A DNA stretch of 63,794 bases, filler included, from Octopus bimaculoides (lineage: Eukaryota): NCBI RefSeq assembly GCF_001194135.2. It is 8 parts of 8 records of this genome, joined end to end, with 100 filler letters (N's around TTAATTAATTAA, not from the genome) between each part and the next. Parts side by side here need not be neighbours in the genome. Positions count along the whole stretch, not along the records: positions 1 to 31,959 come from NC_068996.1; 7 more parts are not named here. The stretch is one strand, 5' to 3'. Under the pieces are notes generated by a model. That model ran no database searches. It was given only the letters and a program-made list of their open reading frames with translations, and was not told the DNA's origin. The stretch's first letter is position 1. The number at the start of each line of letters is the position of its first letter. Positions 1-12,424 of the stretch are shown here, one piece after another. Made by a program: the position numbers and the translations under genes.

Positions 1-112
1 ATTAAATAAGTACCAGTTACTCACTGGGGTCGACATAATCGACTTAATCCGTTTGTCTGTCCTTGTTTGTCCCCTCTGTGTGTAGCCCCTTGTGGGCAGT
101 AAAGAAATAAGA
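1..112 (+). mobile_element. 3' part of SINE-A family with alternative tail (CCTTGTTTGTCCC...CAGTAAAGAAATAA)
   Basis: AAATAAGTACCAGTT..CACTGGGGTCGA..TAATCGACT core shared with the other SINE-A copies; same tail recurs at 22462-22558. Confidence 0.75.
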
Positions 113-737
113 AACAATACTGTACTGTATATATCTTTTATAATTTGTATATATTTATTTCATTATAAATGCAAAACAATACCACACGCTCACTTCACGA
201 GTTTCGGTTTCCACACAGTATGTGTAATTCTTTGTTTACTCATCTACGGTATTCTACGTATTTTTTCTTTTAATATATTTTAATTAATGCGTTTTGCAGT
301 GCAGTACTGTACTCTATTTTTATTTATTAAATTATTAAATTTTAGACGTGAAAATGCTTATTTTACTACAGAAATAATTAAAATCTAAAAAAATATAAAT
401 GGTTTGAAACAGTTTAATATCTTACATTAAAATTAAGTTTTCAAAACAAAACGATACATTATTCAACTGGACACAACTTCACCTTCATCAAGAACAGCTC
501 TATGTCACTTATACCTACACTTTATTCTGGACAACGTCGGGTATCCAGTCAACACACTCACACAAGCACACACACATGCACAAACACACACACATGCACA
601 AACACACACACAGGCACACACATTGATCAAAAGACAACCACCAGATAACATTGACAAGTGTATCAATTTGACTTACCATCCATATTTATATATAAAATAC
701 TACAATTAGCCGTCATTTCTGACGACACGAGGCCAGC

Positions 738-738
<1 letters not shown>

Positions 739-816
<78 letters not shown>

Positions 817-854
817 TAATAATAATAATAACGATGATGATGATAATAATAATA

Positions 855-896
<42 letters not shown>

Positions 897-897
897 C
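739..897. repeat. compound (TAG)n/(TAA)n microsatellite
   Basis: Direct reading; source of spurious poly-L/I/Y ORFs. Confidence 0.98.
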
Positions 898-907
898 CAT
901 TTTACTA

Positions 908-1100
908 AAGGCACAAGGCCTGAAATTTTTGGGGAGGGGCTAGTCGATTATATCGACCCTAGTTCATAACAAGGTACTTCTTTCACCGACCCCGTAAGGA
1001 AGAAGGGCAAGGTCAACTTCGGCGGAATTTGAACTCAACATAAAGGCGGACGAAATGTCGCAAAGCATTTTCCCCGGGGTGCTAACGATTCTGCCAGCTC
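908..1100 (-). mobile_element. SINE-A (tRNA-derived, about 200 bp; head GGCGGCGAGCTGGCAGAATCGTTAGC)
   Basis: Reverse complement matches the + copies at 15642 and 19710; B-box-like GAGTTCAAATTCC. Confidence 0.85.
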
Positions 1101-1108
1101 AGCAGGAC

Positions 1109-3117
1109 AGTTCTGTGCTTGAAAGACACCACAAAAAGGAATGTAGTAGACAACTACCGATATCATGTTCACCATTTATGTGGAAGTCATTGACTGGAAT
1201 AGTCGCAGACTCAATGTATGGATATCCTGAAGAAAATGGATTTCTACCTGATGAGTAGAAAGTGTGCAAGCGTGATATACAAGGATCAACCTCTAGTAGA
1301 TAAAACAGTACTAAGAGAGTGCAAGAGGAGGAAAATGAACTTGGCCATGTCATGGATTGATTACCATAAGACCTACCATATGATTCCACATTCTTCGATC
1401 ATGGAATACGTGAGTCTATTTGGTATTGCATCGAATGTCGAGCGACTTCTTAGAAGAAGTATGGAAAAGTGGAAGACAGAACTGGCAACACTTGGAAGAA
1501 ACCTAGAGCCAATAGAAATTTGGAGAGGCATATTTTAAATGGACTGTCTATACCCACTGACTTTTGAACTATCAATGGTAACCACTAACAATGATTTTGA
1601 GGAAAGCTAAGACTAGGTATAAATTTCAAGATTCGCCAACGAAAGGTTAATCCTTTGTTATTCTCATGGGCGACTTCAAACTTTATCTTAAGGATGAATC
1701 TCAGGTTGATTCCCTCATTTATACAATGTATGCGTTTAGTGCTGACATTAGAATGGAGTTTGAATTGCAAAAGTGTGGTATATTAGTCTTGAACTGAGGC
1801 AAAAATTGAACGCGTAGATGGGTTGATGATACATTCATGGAAGTTATGAAATAAATATATGAGGCAGATTATAAATACTTGGGTATAGGAAATTGACAAA
1901 CTAAAGGAGGAAATGACGGAAAAGTTCAAGGTGGAATATTTGCACAAATTAAGATTTGTTCTCAAGTCGAAATTGAATGGACGGAACAGGATTGAAGTTA
2001 TCAACCACATGAGCAGTCTCACGTCTAAGATATGGAGGAGCGTTAATCGTGTTGACAGTGGAAGATTTAAACAACTTCGAAAGACAAGAAAATTATTGAC
2101 TAGATATGGGGTATTCCATCAAAAGATTGACACAGACAGACTGTATGTACCAAGGAAAAGAGGAAGAAGAGAACTGATTGAGTGCAAACGCAACATTTGA
2201 GAAGAAGAAAACAGCATGGTATGGTACATAGAAATGTTACAGAACCGCTATTGTTGGAAGTAAGAAGGTCAGGCTTGTGCAAATTTGAAGATTGCAAAGA
2301 TAAAACATAATACAAGCATTTGAGGATGGAAAAAGCTGAAAGAGGTGAACAGAGAAAAAAATGCATGGATCATTCCATAAAAATGTTAAAGATAGGACAG
2401 ACAGAGAAAAATAGTGATTATGGATGACTAAAAGTGATTAAAAATGGATACTGAAGCCTTAATCTTGTGCTACTCAAAAGCAAGTATTTAAGAACTAATT
2501 ACATTAAACAGAATTGACCATACAGCAGAAATCGATAAGGCAGAATTTGTGGGGAGAATAGGGGAAACTGTATGGCATATTATCAACTAACTCTTGCTCA
2601 GAAAGAATAGAAAGGGCAACAAGTATGGATTTGAGAGAGCAGATTATTTGTAGAGGCATAAACTCGAAAACCTTGTCGGTAAATGGTAACTCAAAAATTC
2701 TGTGGAACTTTACGATTTAGTGTGACCACTGAATAGAGAATAGGAAACTAGATATAGAGATAACTGAGAAAGAAAGCAATCAATATTGGATCATAGATAT
2801 AACATGTCCAGGTGACAATAAAGTATGAGATAAAGAAGATAAAAATGTCGATGTATATGAGAGGTTACCTCGGGAGATTAAGCAGTTATGGGCGCTGAAA
2901 AAGGTGTCGGAGCCTTAGGAACAATAAGTAAAGATCTTGAGAAGTACATTGAACAATACGGGCGTTGCAATACGAGTGAAGTACTTGTAGAAAACAGCAC
3001 TGCTTGGAACAGCTCGAATACTCTGGAGGGAGCTTGAAAATAAGGGGGTGCTACCTCAGTTCTCAGGCAGTGAACAACTGAGGCTGTAATCTAGCGTTAG
3101 AAGGTGAGCAAAGGAAA

Positions 3118-3120
<3 letters not shown>
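1109..3120 (+). mobile_element. 5'-truncated, decayed R4/Dong-like non-LTR retrotransposon (RT plus C-terminal restriction-like endonuclease)
   Basis: Frameshifted peptides: KTYHMIPHS..ME..SLFGIASNV..LL..SMEKWKT.L, IWRGIF, F.GDFKLY-like YADD region, KILWNF, IIDITCPGD, K.ALLGTARIL; ends at (TAC)n. Confidence 0.85.
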
Positions 3121-3210
<90 letters not shown>

Positions 3211-3268
3211 ATATTTTTTCATTAACCATAAAGGGTATACATTAAGAAAAACATTTGACAGCACGGGA

Positions 3269-3306
<38 letters not shown>
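3119..3306. repeat. (TAC)n at about 3119-3210 and (AAT)n at about 3271-3306
   Basis: Direct reading. Confidence 0.97.
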
Positions 3307-3307
<1 letters not shown>

Positions 3308-3316
3308 CTTTCTAAT

Positions 3317-3478
3317 ATAGGCGCAAGGCCTGAAATTTTTAGGGAATGGGTAAGTCGATTACACCGATCCCAATGCTCAACTGGTACTTAATTCATCGAC
3401 TCCGAAAGGATGGAAGGCAAAATCGACCCCAGCGGAATTCGAACTCAGAACGTAAAGACAGACGAAATGCCGCTAAAA
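3317..3478 (-). mobile_element. SINE-A, head truncated
   Basis: Matches SINE-A body and tail on the minus strand. Confidence 0.85.
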
Positions 3479-3489
3479 AAAAAAACAGA

Positions 3490-4180
3490 GCTGTTCCCAA
3501 GTTCAGAGTCTGTGATGCTCATGACAAAAGATTACTTAACCTTGACTCCAAACAAGTATAAAGTTAAACACAACAGAGTTGGACAATACATTCACTGGAG
3601 CCTCGGTGCTGAACATGCTAGTATGACCATCAACCTAAACCAGTAGTTGAAAGCAACGGCATCACCATTCTGTGGTATTTTACAGCATATACTGATCGCA
3701 TAATAAATACCAAACGCCCAGATATTATTGATAATCAGCAATAAGAAGACCTGCATACTAGCAGATATGTCAATACCATCTGACAAAAATATACCTGCCA
3801 AGGAATATGATAAACTTGACAAATATTAGAAATTGAAATAAGCAGGATTGGTATCTGAAGACGAAAACAACACCAGTTGTGGTTGGAGCACTGGGAGTCA
3901 TAAAAAATCCTACCCCCAACAAAAAAACAGTTAGTGATTTCTTGGAAAACTTCCCCACAAAACTTAACAGTACGGCTCAAATTATACGTACATCCTTGTC
4001 ATTGTAATATATATTCCCAAACCCTTCGTCTTTATTTATTAAATATATTGTACACCCCTCCACTACCCGGGATTAGAAGCTGTGTTGAACAATAACATTT
4101 CTCTACCATACTTGCTCTAGATGACTGGTTGCCACACGGCAGGTATTTCTTATCTAGCCGGTATCAAAGAAAAAAAAATA
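3490..4180 (+). mobile_element. R4/Dong-like 3' fragment (RLE domain plus 3' UTR)
   Basis: Decayed HNRVGQYIHW, ILWYF...TDR.I...RPDI, ILADMSIPSD.NI..KEYDKL.KY, PVVVGALG; A-rich end. Confidence 0.8.
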
Positions 4181-4195
4181 ACAATCCTTTCTACT

Positions 4196-4398
4196 ATAGG
4201 CACAATGCCTTCAGTTTTGGAAGTGGCGGTGGAGAGTAAGCCCATTCCATCGACACCAGTGTTCTATTGGTACTTATTTTATCGACACCTAAGGGATGAA
4301 AGGTCAAGTCAACCTAAGCGGAATTTGAAATCAGAATATAACGACGGACAAAATGCCGCTAAGCATTTTGTCCGGCTTGCTAACGATTCTGCCAGCTC
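4196..4398 (-). mobile_element. SINE-A
   Basis: Full-length match to the family on the minus strand. Confidence 0.85.
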
Positions 4399-4449
4399 TT
4401 CGTTTTAATAATGATGAGGAGGATGATGATGATGACGACGACGACGACG

Positions 4450-4482
<33 letters not shown>

Positions 4483-4485
<3 letters not shown>

Positions 4486-5040
4486 GCCCGGATGCAGTAC
4501 CAGGCAGTGGATCTCATGGCTTCTGATCTTAATTGATTGGAAGTGTTATCATGTACATTGTTCTGTCTTGGTATAAAAGATGGGCTACAGCAAATATTCT
4601 GCTTAATACCACAGATTTGCTTGTCAGTTGTTTGACCTTAACCAGTAGAGCATGTCCCTTGGTGGCTGACGATATGTGCATCTCTGATCACGAGCAGAAG
4701 TAGTGGGGGAGCATCATAGCCATGTGTTGAGAGGAATTCTTTGGAGTTTGAATAATTCACCTTTAGAAACATGAGTGTTTTGCTCCACATCCTTAAACAA
4801 ACCTTATTCAGGGACCTTTTGAGCGGTATGGGCTACTCGACCTGAAGAAAATTCTAACTGGGCCCCAACTATGAGGTCATGCGCTGTTTATCTTGATATA
4901 AGATCACCATGTTGTGCACATATGGTTGTGATGCATGTACCTCGTGTACCCTTATCAGACGGGTAGTCATGATGGGTATAATGGGCTTCGTATATTTTAC
5001 CCCAGTGTCACTTTGATGGCACGCACTGCTCTCTCACTCA
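4483..5040. mobile_element. about 555-bp non-coding cassette inserted in (TAA)n; putative non-autonomous element
   Basis: Complex sequence bounded on both sides by pure (AAT)n; no long ORF; single copy in this window. Confidence 0.5.
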
Positions 5041-5169
5041 ATAATAATAATAATAATAATAATGATAATAATAATAATAATAATAATAATGATAATAATA
5101 TCAATAGTCAAGACAAAGAGCGCGAGTCGATTGTAATAGATATTTGATTGGTCGAATGATTTGTCAAGT

Positions 5170-6982
5170 TGAAAATAAGAAGTGATAAAAATTCAAAATT
5201 ATAGAAATTTAAATTTAAAGTATGAACGAGAGCAACCAGAGTCCACACATTGATGGAATGACATCATCAATCTTTAAGTTTCAATTTTATAACAGGAGTA
5301 AAGAAAAAGACAGGAAAAAAGAGGAAAAAAATAAAGAAAAGGAAAAATAATATTTTATGAAACACTTGTATAAATTTGATGATATTCTCCTGTTATTTTA
5401 TTCATTCCTCCAGGGCGTGATGTTAATAACCCGCCAACATATTTCTCCTCATACATTCTGAGAAGTGAAAGTGAAGCAGATTCAGAATATTTTTTGAGAA
5501 TATGCACATTCAAGTCTTCTTCAAAATTGCAGCCGTTTGAAACGAAATGTTCAGCAAGTTTTGTTATTGTGCTTGATGTCGAATCTGTGCCCATTAAACC
5601 TTTTGTTTAATTGTTCTGTTGTACAACCAAGATAAATTAAATTGTTTCGTGCATTCTGCCGCATATGCCAAATGGTAATCTCTACATGTTCCCCCTTCTG
5701 TATAAATCATAACATTTCTGTTATGATTTCTGATTGAATTCACTTCACTCACGTTGTTGCACAATAAACAGGGTTTACCTCTCTTGCGGCTGTTCTTTAA
5801 GGTACCGCGTGCAGATACTCCAATGTTCGTTTTCTTGGAGTCAGAAATAGAGAAAAAAATTCTCTTATATTCTTATTCTGTCTAAAGGCTACAATAGGCC
5901 GCTGAAGTAATGTCTGTTTGAAACGTGGTTATTTTTTCGCCACATGCTGGTAACTTCCACGCAACACTTTTGAAATGCCAGCGGAATTTCGGTGTCAGTT
6001 AATCACTAAAGAAATTCTGTCATCTATTGTATTGTGTTTGCTAAAATTATCTTTGCTAATCTTAGCTATTTCATTTGCTATTTCCTTTAATCGTGATTCA
6101 CTGTAACCGCGTTTGCCATGATGATATACAAAAGTATTTGCATGTTTCCAGTAATCCCCTGTCAGTACAAATCCGTTTTATCCTCAAAAATTGGGATTTC
6201 AGATTTGACCGAATAATATGATGTGGATGATCGGAGCGGCGCTGGAGATAAATGTGGGATGACGTGGGCTTGCAAAATAACTCTGTCACTATTCTGCCTC
6301 CAGAAAACTTGACTTTTGTGTCCAAAAATTCAACGCTAGTTTTTGAAAAACTAGACGTAAATTTTATGTTGGCCTTAAAGGCCATAGTTTCTAGCATAAC
6401 AGTCACAGAAATGCAAGAAGTCCATTAAACTATCCTGTGATCCTTTCCAGACAAAAAATACGTCGTCAATGAACCGTAACCAGAGTATTGGTTCATGACC
6501 ATGGAGGGATTTGAATGTCTTCAATAACTGTGTCTCGAATTTCGTCATAAAGACATTAGCGAAATTAACTTCCAAGGAGGTACCCATAGCGCAACTCTTT
6601 GTCTGGTGGTAAAATATTTGTCTAAATTTCATTGTATTACTTTCTAGCACAAACCTCAATAATCTACCAAGAAAATTTGATGGAATACTTTTGTTTGATC
6701 GCTTTTCGAAGGCATCCATGCATGCTTCTACAGTTCTCGACACGGCTTCGGTGCTTAAAAAAGTTGTTGATTTTAGACATCAAATTAAAAGTATTCTGAA
6801 TATAGGAACTTAATCTTTTTGTGGCAAGGAGTAGAAAGCCATCCAACCATTCAGAAATCTTGGCCGTACAACGTTCATATCCGCTGCAAATTGGGCGCAT
6901 TGGAGGAAATCTTTGTGTATTTTAGGGAGACCATAAAATACAGGTGTTGTTCTTTCTGACCGTAAAATCCTGGATTCAGCCT

Positions 6983-6987
<5 letters not shown>
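5170..6987 (-). mobile_element. decayed Penelope-like element (RT plus GIY-YIG endonuclease)
   Basis: RPICSG...TAKISEWLD; AMGTSLEVNFANVFM..FE; WLRFIDDVFFVW; IKFT..FS..SVEFLDT.V; FCKPTSSHIYL..SDHP.HI; C-terminal HF...ILK...LLTSRPGGMN typical of the PLE GIY-YIG end. Confidence 0.9.
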
Positions 6988-7013
<26 letters not shown>

Positions 7014-7194
7014 TCATTTATTTGTCATAAGGGCGAAGGATGAGGGGTCAATAAAAAGACAAACACAGAGTGATGGGTTTACATATAGTGAAATGATAAG
7101 GACTCTCTCGTTTAAGACGGCGTATGGATGTTTAGCATTTGTCGAATAATCAGCCCAAATGATTTGTTGATAATGATCAAATATATGTGTTGTA

Positions 7195-7612
7195 TTTCGA
7201 TTCACAGACCGAGCGTTGTGAGTGTTTATTGAGCGAAAACACATAAAGCTCCACGAGGCTCCGGCAGGGGATGGTGGCGAACCCTGCTGTACTCTTTCAC
7301 CACAACTTTCTCTCACTCTTTCTTCCTGTTTCTGTTGTGCCTGTAATTCAAAGGGTCAGCCTTGTCACACTCTGTGTCACGCTGAATATCCCCGAGAACT
7401 ACGNNNNNNNNNNTTTCTGTTGTGCCTGTAATTCAAAGGGTCAGCCTTGTCACACTCTGTGTCACGCTGAATATCCCCGAGAACTACGTTAAGGGTACAC
7501 GCGTCTGTGGTGTGCTCAGCCACTTGCACGTTAATTTCACAAGCAGGCTGTTCCGTTGATCGGATTAACTGGAACCCTCGTCGTCGTAAGCGACGGAGTG
7601 CCAACAACAACA
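7195..7612 (+). mobile_element. SINE-B (tRNA head, tail ending GACGGAGTGCCAACAACAA); contains a gap-flanking duplication
   Basis: Near-identical to the full copy at 23812-24175. Confidence 0.9.
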
Positions 7613-7832
7613 TATGTGCTGTATATTAGCTCACTTTGTTCCGTCAAATCGACGTTGTTTGAACAGGTGCACAAGTGTACCACGCGTCAGGTGTCGAAGT
7701 GATCGCAGAGTAATGTGAGATGAGGTTTTCTTTTGCTCAGGAACACAACGCAGCACTCGGTCTAGGAATTGAAATCACGATCGAGCGATCATGAGGGCAA
7801 CACCCCAACCTTTAAGTCGTGCACCCTCACAT
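7611..7832 (-). mobile_element. SINE-E (tRNA-derived), partial
   Basis: Reverse complement aligns with the split + copy at 14265-14336/14758-14985. Confidence 0.75.
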
Positions 7833-8532
7833 AATAACAATAATAATAATAATAATAATAATAGTAATAGTAATAATAATAATAATAGTAATAGTAATAA
7901 TAATAATGCAAGGACTACACAATCATTTAATGATATGTTATGCTAAACATTATTAATTAGGTACAGCTCGCATAATTATCAATAATTCTGCGCTGTCTAA
8001 CATCTATCCATGCCGATCCTATTACTATTAATTTATCTTCACCCTTAAACCCTTTCTCTCCTCCAAATCTAACATTGATCTAATAATTACCTACCAGCAA
8101 AGTCAATTTGCGTTAAAGAGTTCATGTTGATAACCATATTAAATTCGCAATCCCTATAGATATACACCATTGGCTTCAAACGCCATCCATTACATCTAAC
8201 TAATTGATACTTCTCAACATCTGCATCTGATATCTTCAGAGCACATTCTTATAATTAAGCTGAGTACAGCCAGCCCACACTCGCGAGCGACTATGGCTTG
8301 GTAACATGTACCGTGTTTTGGTTAATTATTGTAGGTACCCGTGTAGTCGCGAGCAGACATAGACGCATTCTTGCACTCTCATTTTTGACTAAGAGGTACA
8401 TTTAGCGTGTGGCACCATGTGAGAAAGAGAGAGGGGGAGAGAGAAAGGGAAAGAGAAAGAAGAGGAGAGAGACAAAGAAAGGAGAAAGAGAAATATATAT
8501 ATACGTATGTGTGTGTGTGTGTGTGTATATAT

Positions 8533-8827
8533 GAAGGTGATTGGCTAGGGTATTAGGCTCACGTTCGTAAGGTCGTGAGTTCAATTCTCGGCAACCTGTT
8601 GTATCCTTGAGCAAGACACTTTATTTCACATTGCTCCTGTCCACTCAGCTGGCAAAAATGAGTAGTACCTGTATTTCAAAGGGCCGGCCTTGTCACACTC
8701 TGTGTCACGCTGAATCTCCCTGAGAACTGCGTTAAAAGTCGCTTACACGTTAATTTCACGAGCAGGCTATTCCGTTGATCGGTTTCAACTGGAACCTTCA
8801 TTGTTTTAATTGACGGAGTGCCAGTTG

Positions 8828-8828
<1 letters not shown>
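8533..8828 (+). mobile_element. SINE with CORE-like middle (CCTTGAGCAAGACACTT) and SINE-B tail
   Basis: tRNA-like head (GAGTTCAATTC); 3' half matches the SINE-B tail. Confidence 0.8.
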
Positions 8829-8859
<31 letters not shown>

Positions 8860-9002
8860 TGTATGTATGTATGTATGTACGGATGTATATATATGTATGT
8901 ATGTATGTACGTACGTACGTATGTATGTATGTATGTATGTATGTATGTATGTATGTATGTATGTTTGTATGTATGTCTGTCTGTCTGTATGTATGTATGT
9001 AT
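8827..9002. repeat. (TATG)n microsatellite
   Basis: Direct reading. Confidence 0.98.
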
Positions 9003-9907
9003 ATCTATAGATATAAATTTGACATGGACAATTCTTTCTTGTCTTGGGATTTACGGTCAAACGGTGGAATTGCGCGAAAAATTACACAGATGTGTAGAAC
9101 GATCCAGTGGTGATGCTGGGCTTTGTATTTTGTCATAGCTCCTATGGTTACCGAGATAATCTACTATAATAATACTCTTGTGTTTATGAATGAGAAAGGA
9201 AGGGGTGATAGATGAATAAGGAATGAAGGGGTGATGTTTTACTTTTTTCATAGCTCCCATGGTTACCGATGAATAAGGAAGGAAGGAGTGATGTCATCCT
9301 TGGTAGTGGGTTGATGAAAATTGTACGCTGAAAAAATAAATCAAACAGCGTTTCAACTTTAGGTGAATATATGTGTGTGTGTTTGTGTGTGCTTGCGTGA
9401 GCACATTGGAAGTGGGATTTTTTATGAAGTCTTTCTTTGTAGTGTTTCAGTGATTCGTTTTTCAGTTTCAGATGTTTTTTCTTTTTTTTTTTTTTTTTAA
9501 ATTTTGTGTAATATTTCGCATTGAGGTAGTGATATTTAATATCTTTCAGTTATTATTTTTTTTGTTGTTTTTTAACCTTTGAAAATTTAAAAGATTTTTG
9601 ACCTATTTTTAATTCTTATTTTTTATTTTTGTTTCTGTTGTTTTGCATGTTTATGTTTTGCATTTAGGTTCGCTTACTATGTGGGTTTATTTTTTGATTT
9701 GGTTGAATCTTGGTTGTTTTTTTTTGTTGGTCAGTTATTTTTAGTGTTTTGACAGAAAAATGTCATTCTAGAATTGTTTTTTAACGTAAGCGTGCCCAAA
9801 CAAGTCGAATGCTTACTCAGCAGCTTTTACAGCCACATCATACAAACCGACCGGGTGAAACTGGGCTTAGCTGCTAGTATATATATACGTATATATATAT
9901 ATGTGTG

Positions 9908-10181
9908 TGTGGAGGGCAGCGGACTTGCGGTCGGAGGATCGCGGTTTCGATTCCCAGACTGGGTGTTGTGTGTGTTTATTGAGCGCAAACAACTAAAAGC
10001 TCCACGAGGCTCCGGCAGGGGTGGTGGTGACCCCTGTTGTACTCTTTCGCCCCAACTTTCTCTCACTCTTTCTTCCTGTTTCTTGAGTAAAAGCTGCGAT
10101 GGACTGGCGTCCCGTCCAGCTGGGGGGAACACATACGCCATAGAAACCGGGAAACTGGGCCCATGAGCCTGGCTAGGCTTT
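9908..10181 (+). mobile_element. SINE with SINE-B head and body but a different tail (GCGATGGACTGGCGTCCCGTCCAG...)
   Basis: First about 170 bp match 23830-23990, then the sequence diverges abruptly. Confidence 0.85.
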
Positions 10182-12424
10182 NNNNNNNNNNNNNNNNNNN
10201 NNNNNNNNNNNNNNNNNNNNNNNNNNNNNNNNNNNNNNNNNNNNNNNNNNNNNNNNNNNNNNNNNNNNNNNNNNNNNNNNNNNNNNNNNNNNNNNNNNNN
10301 NNNNNNNNNNNNNNNNNNNNNNNNNNNNNNNNNNNNNNNNNNNNNNNNNNNNNNNNNNNNNNNNNNNNNNNNNNNNNNNNNNNNNNNNNNNNNNNNNNNN
10401 NNNNNNNNNNNNNNNNNNNNNNNNNNNNNNNNNNNNNNNNNNNNNNNNNNNNNNNNNNNNNNNNNNNNNNNNNNNNNNNNNNNNNNNNNNNNNNNNNNNN
10501 NNNNNNNNNNNNNNNNNNNNNNNNNNNNNNNNNNNNNNNNNNNNNNNNNNNNNNNNNNNNNNNNNNNNNNNNNNNNNNNNNNNNNNNNNNNNNNNNNNNN
10601 NNNNNNNNNNNNNNNNNNNNNNNNNNNNNNNNNNNNNNNNNNNNNNNNNNNNNNNNNNNNNNNNNNNNNNNNNNNNNNNNNNNNNNNNNNNNNNNNNNNN
10701 NNNNNNNNNNNATTCACTTAACCATGAAACGATTCGTATCCAATGAACTTAAGACTTGGTTTGTTTACGCTTTTCCCTCCGGTTTTTTGTTCTATGTGTG
10801 CCATAAATATCGCCATCCGTTTTAGAGAAAAATTTGTAGTTTAGAATCAGTAGTTCTTTGACTGCTATTTCTAAATTTTCAGTATGTTGGAGAAGCAACT
10901 CAATTGCTAATCCCTGTATATTTATGATGATAAATGGTTTTACCGATAAAGGTTTTTTCATACTGAACTACTTGGCAAAATTGTTAATTATTAATTCTAT
11001 TATTAATTGACGATTCCCTGCCCTTATTCTTGTATATATATATATGAATAGAATATGAGGGGTTTAGTTCATTTGTGATCCAAACGAATGTAAGTGCTAT
11101 AGTTGGTCGCCCATTAGGCTCCAAGTTCACGGCTGAGGTTGGATCTAGGGATCCGTATCAGGTTCCGTTATAGTAGGTATATATTATATTAGAGGAAAAA
11201 GCAAAACCAAGACAGAACAAGTATCTCAAGTCATTTAGAATAATTTAATCAGGGTAAGGATAACCCAAGTGGCTGGTTAGCTTGTCCTTGCACTGGGTAT
11301 CCCGTCATCAGAGACAAGGTATGAATATTTTAGACAGAGAAAATTTACAGTTTACAAGGAATAAAATTCACTTTTTATAAGGAATAAAATCAAAGAATAA
11401 GGGAGTAAATAGAAGAATAAAGAGTAAGGAAGGAGTAAATAGAAGAATATAGAGTAAGGTAGAATACAGGCGGGAGAATAATGTTCACAGCTCATCTTTT
11501 TCCAGAGGATATGGATGTTGGTCGGTACTTCCATGAAGCTACAGGTCCTTAGTTAAAATCCCAGGTAAATCCAGGCAGTATTTTGGCAGTTTTTGAATGA
11601 TGTATTCATATTGGAGCGATAGATAGTATGTAAATGCGTATATAGAACTAGAAAGTAAGATAGACATAAATGGATTTGTGAATGGGTGTATATGAGAGAG
11701 AGAACAAAGAGAGAAAGAGAGAGAGAGAGAGAGAGAGGAAGAGAGAAAGAGAGAGAGGGTAAGAGAGAAAGAGAGAGGAGAAATGAATAAAAAGAAGATA
11801 GGTGTAAAAGTAAGAATAAAAATAAAAAAGTAAAGGTAATGATAGAGATATGTCAGTGTTGCATTGGGGTGAGAGGTCAAACGTTAAAGTTTCAGTAAAG
11901 TGGGGGTGAAAGGTCAATCTATGTATGGTCATAAAGGACAACTGTTTAGTGTAGATATTTGAAATTATAATTCAAACTTAATAGCAATTAAATGATGCGA
12001 GATAAAGGATTAAGAATTAAAGTTGAATTAAAGATTAAAACTTAAAATTACAAACTAAGAAAGATAAGACCTAGAAACTGCAAAAACTAAAGATTATTTA
12101 ATTGAAACTAATTAGTTTCTATGATACTTATATTGATAGAGAGTTAGAAGAAAAAAGAAAGGAAAAGAAAAAGAAAAGAAAAAGTGAACACACACATACA
12201 CATGCACACACATATATACACATATACATATACACACACACACATATATATACACATACATATATACACACACACATATACACACACATATATATACACA
12301 CATATAAGCGTACATATAAAACGCATACATATATTCATATACACACACACATATATATATACATATACATATATATACACCGTGTGTGGATGTGTTATGC
12401 GTGTTGATTCTGTTTGCATTTGAA

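Noticed and set aside
1246-1265. CTGATGAGTAGAAA
   Set aside because: Lies inside the R4 RT coding relic with no helices; chance match
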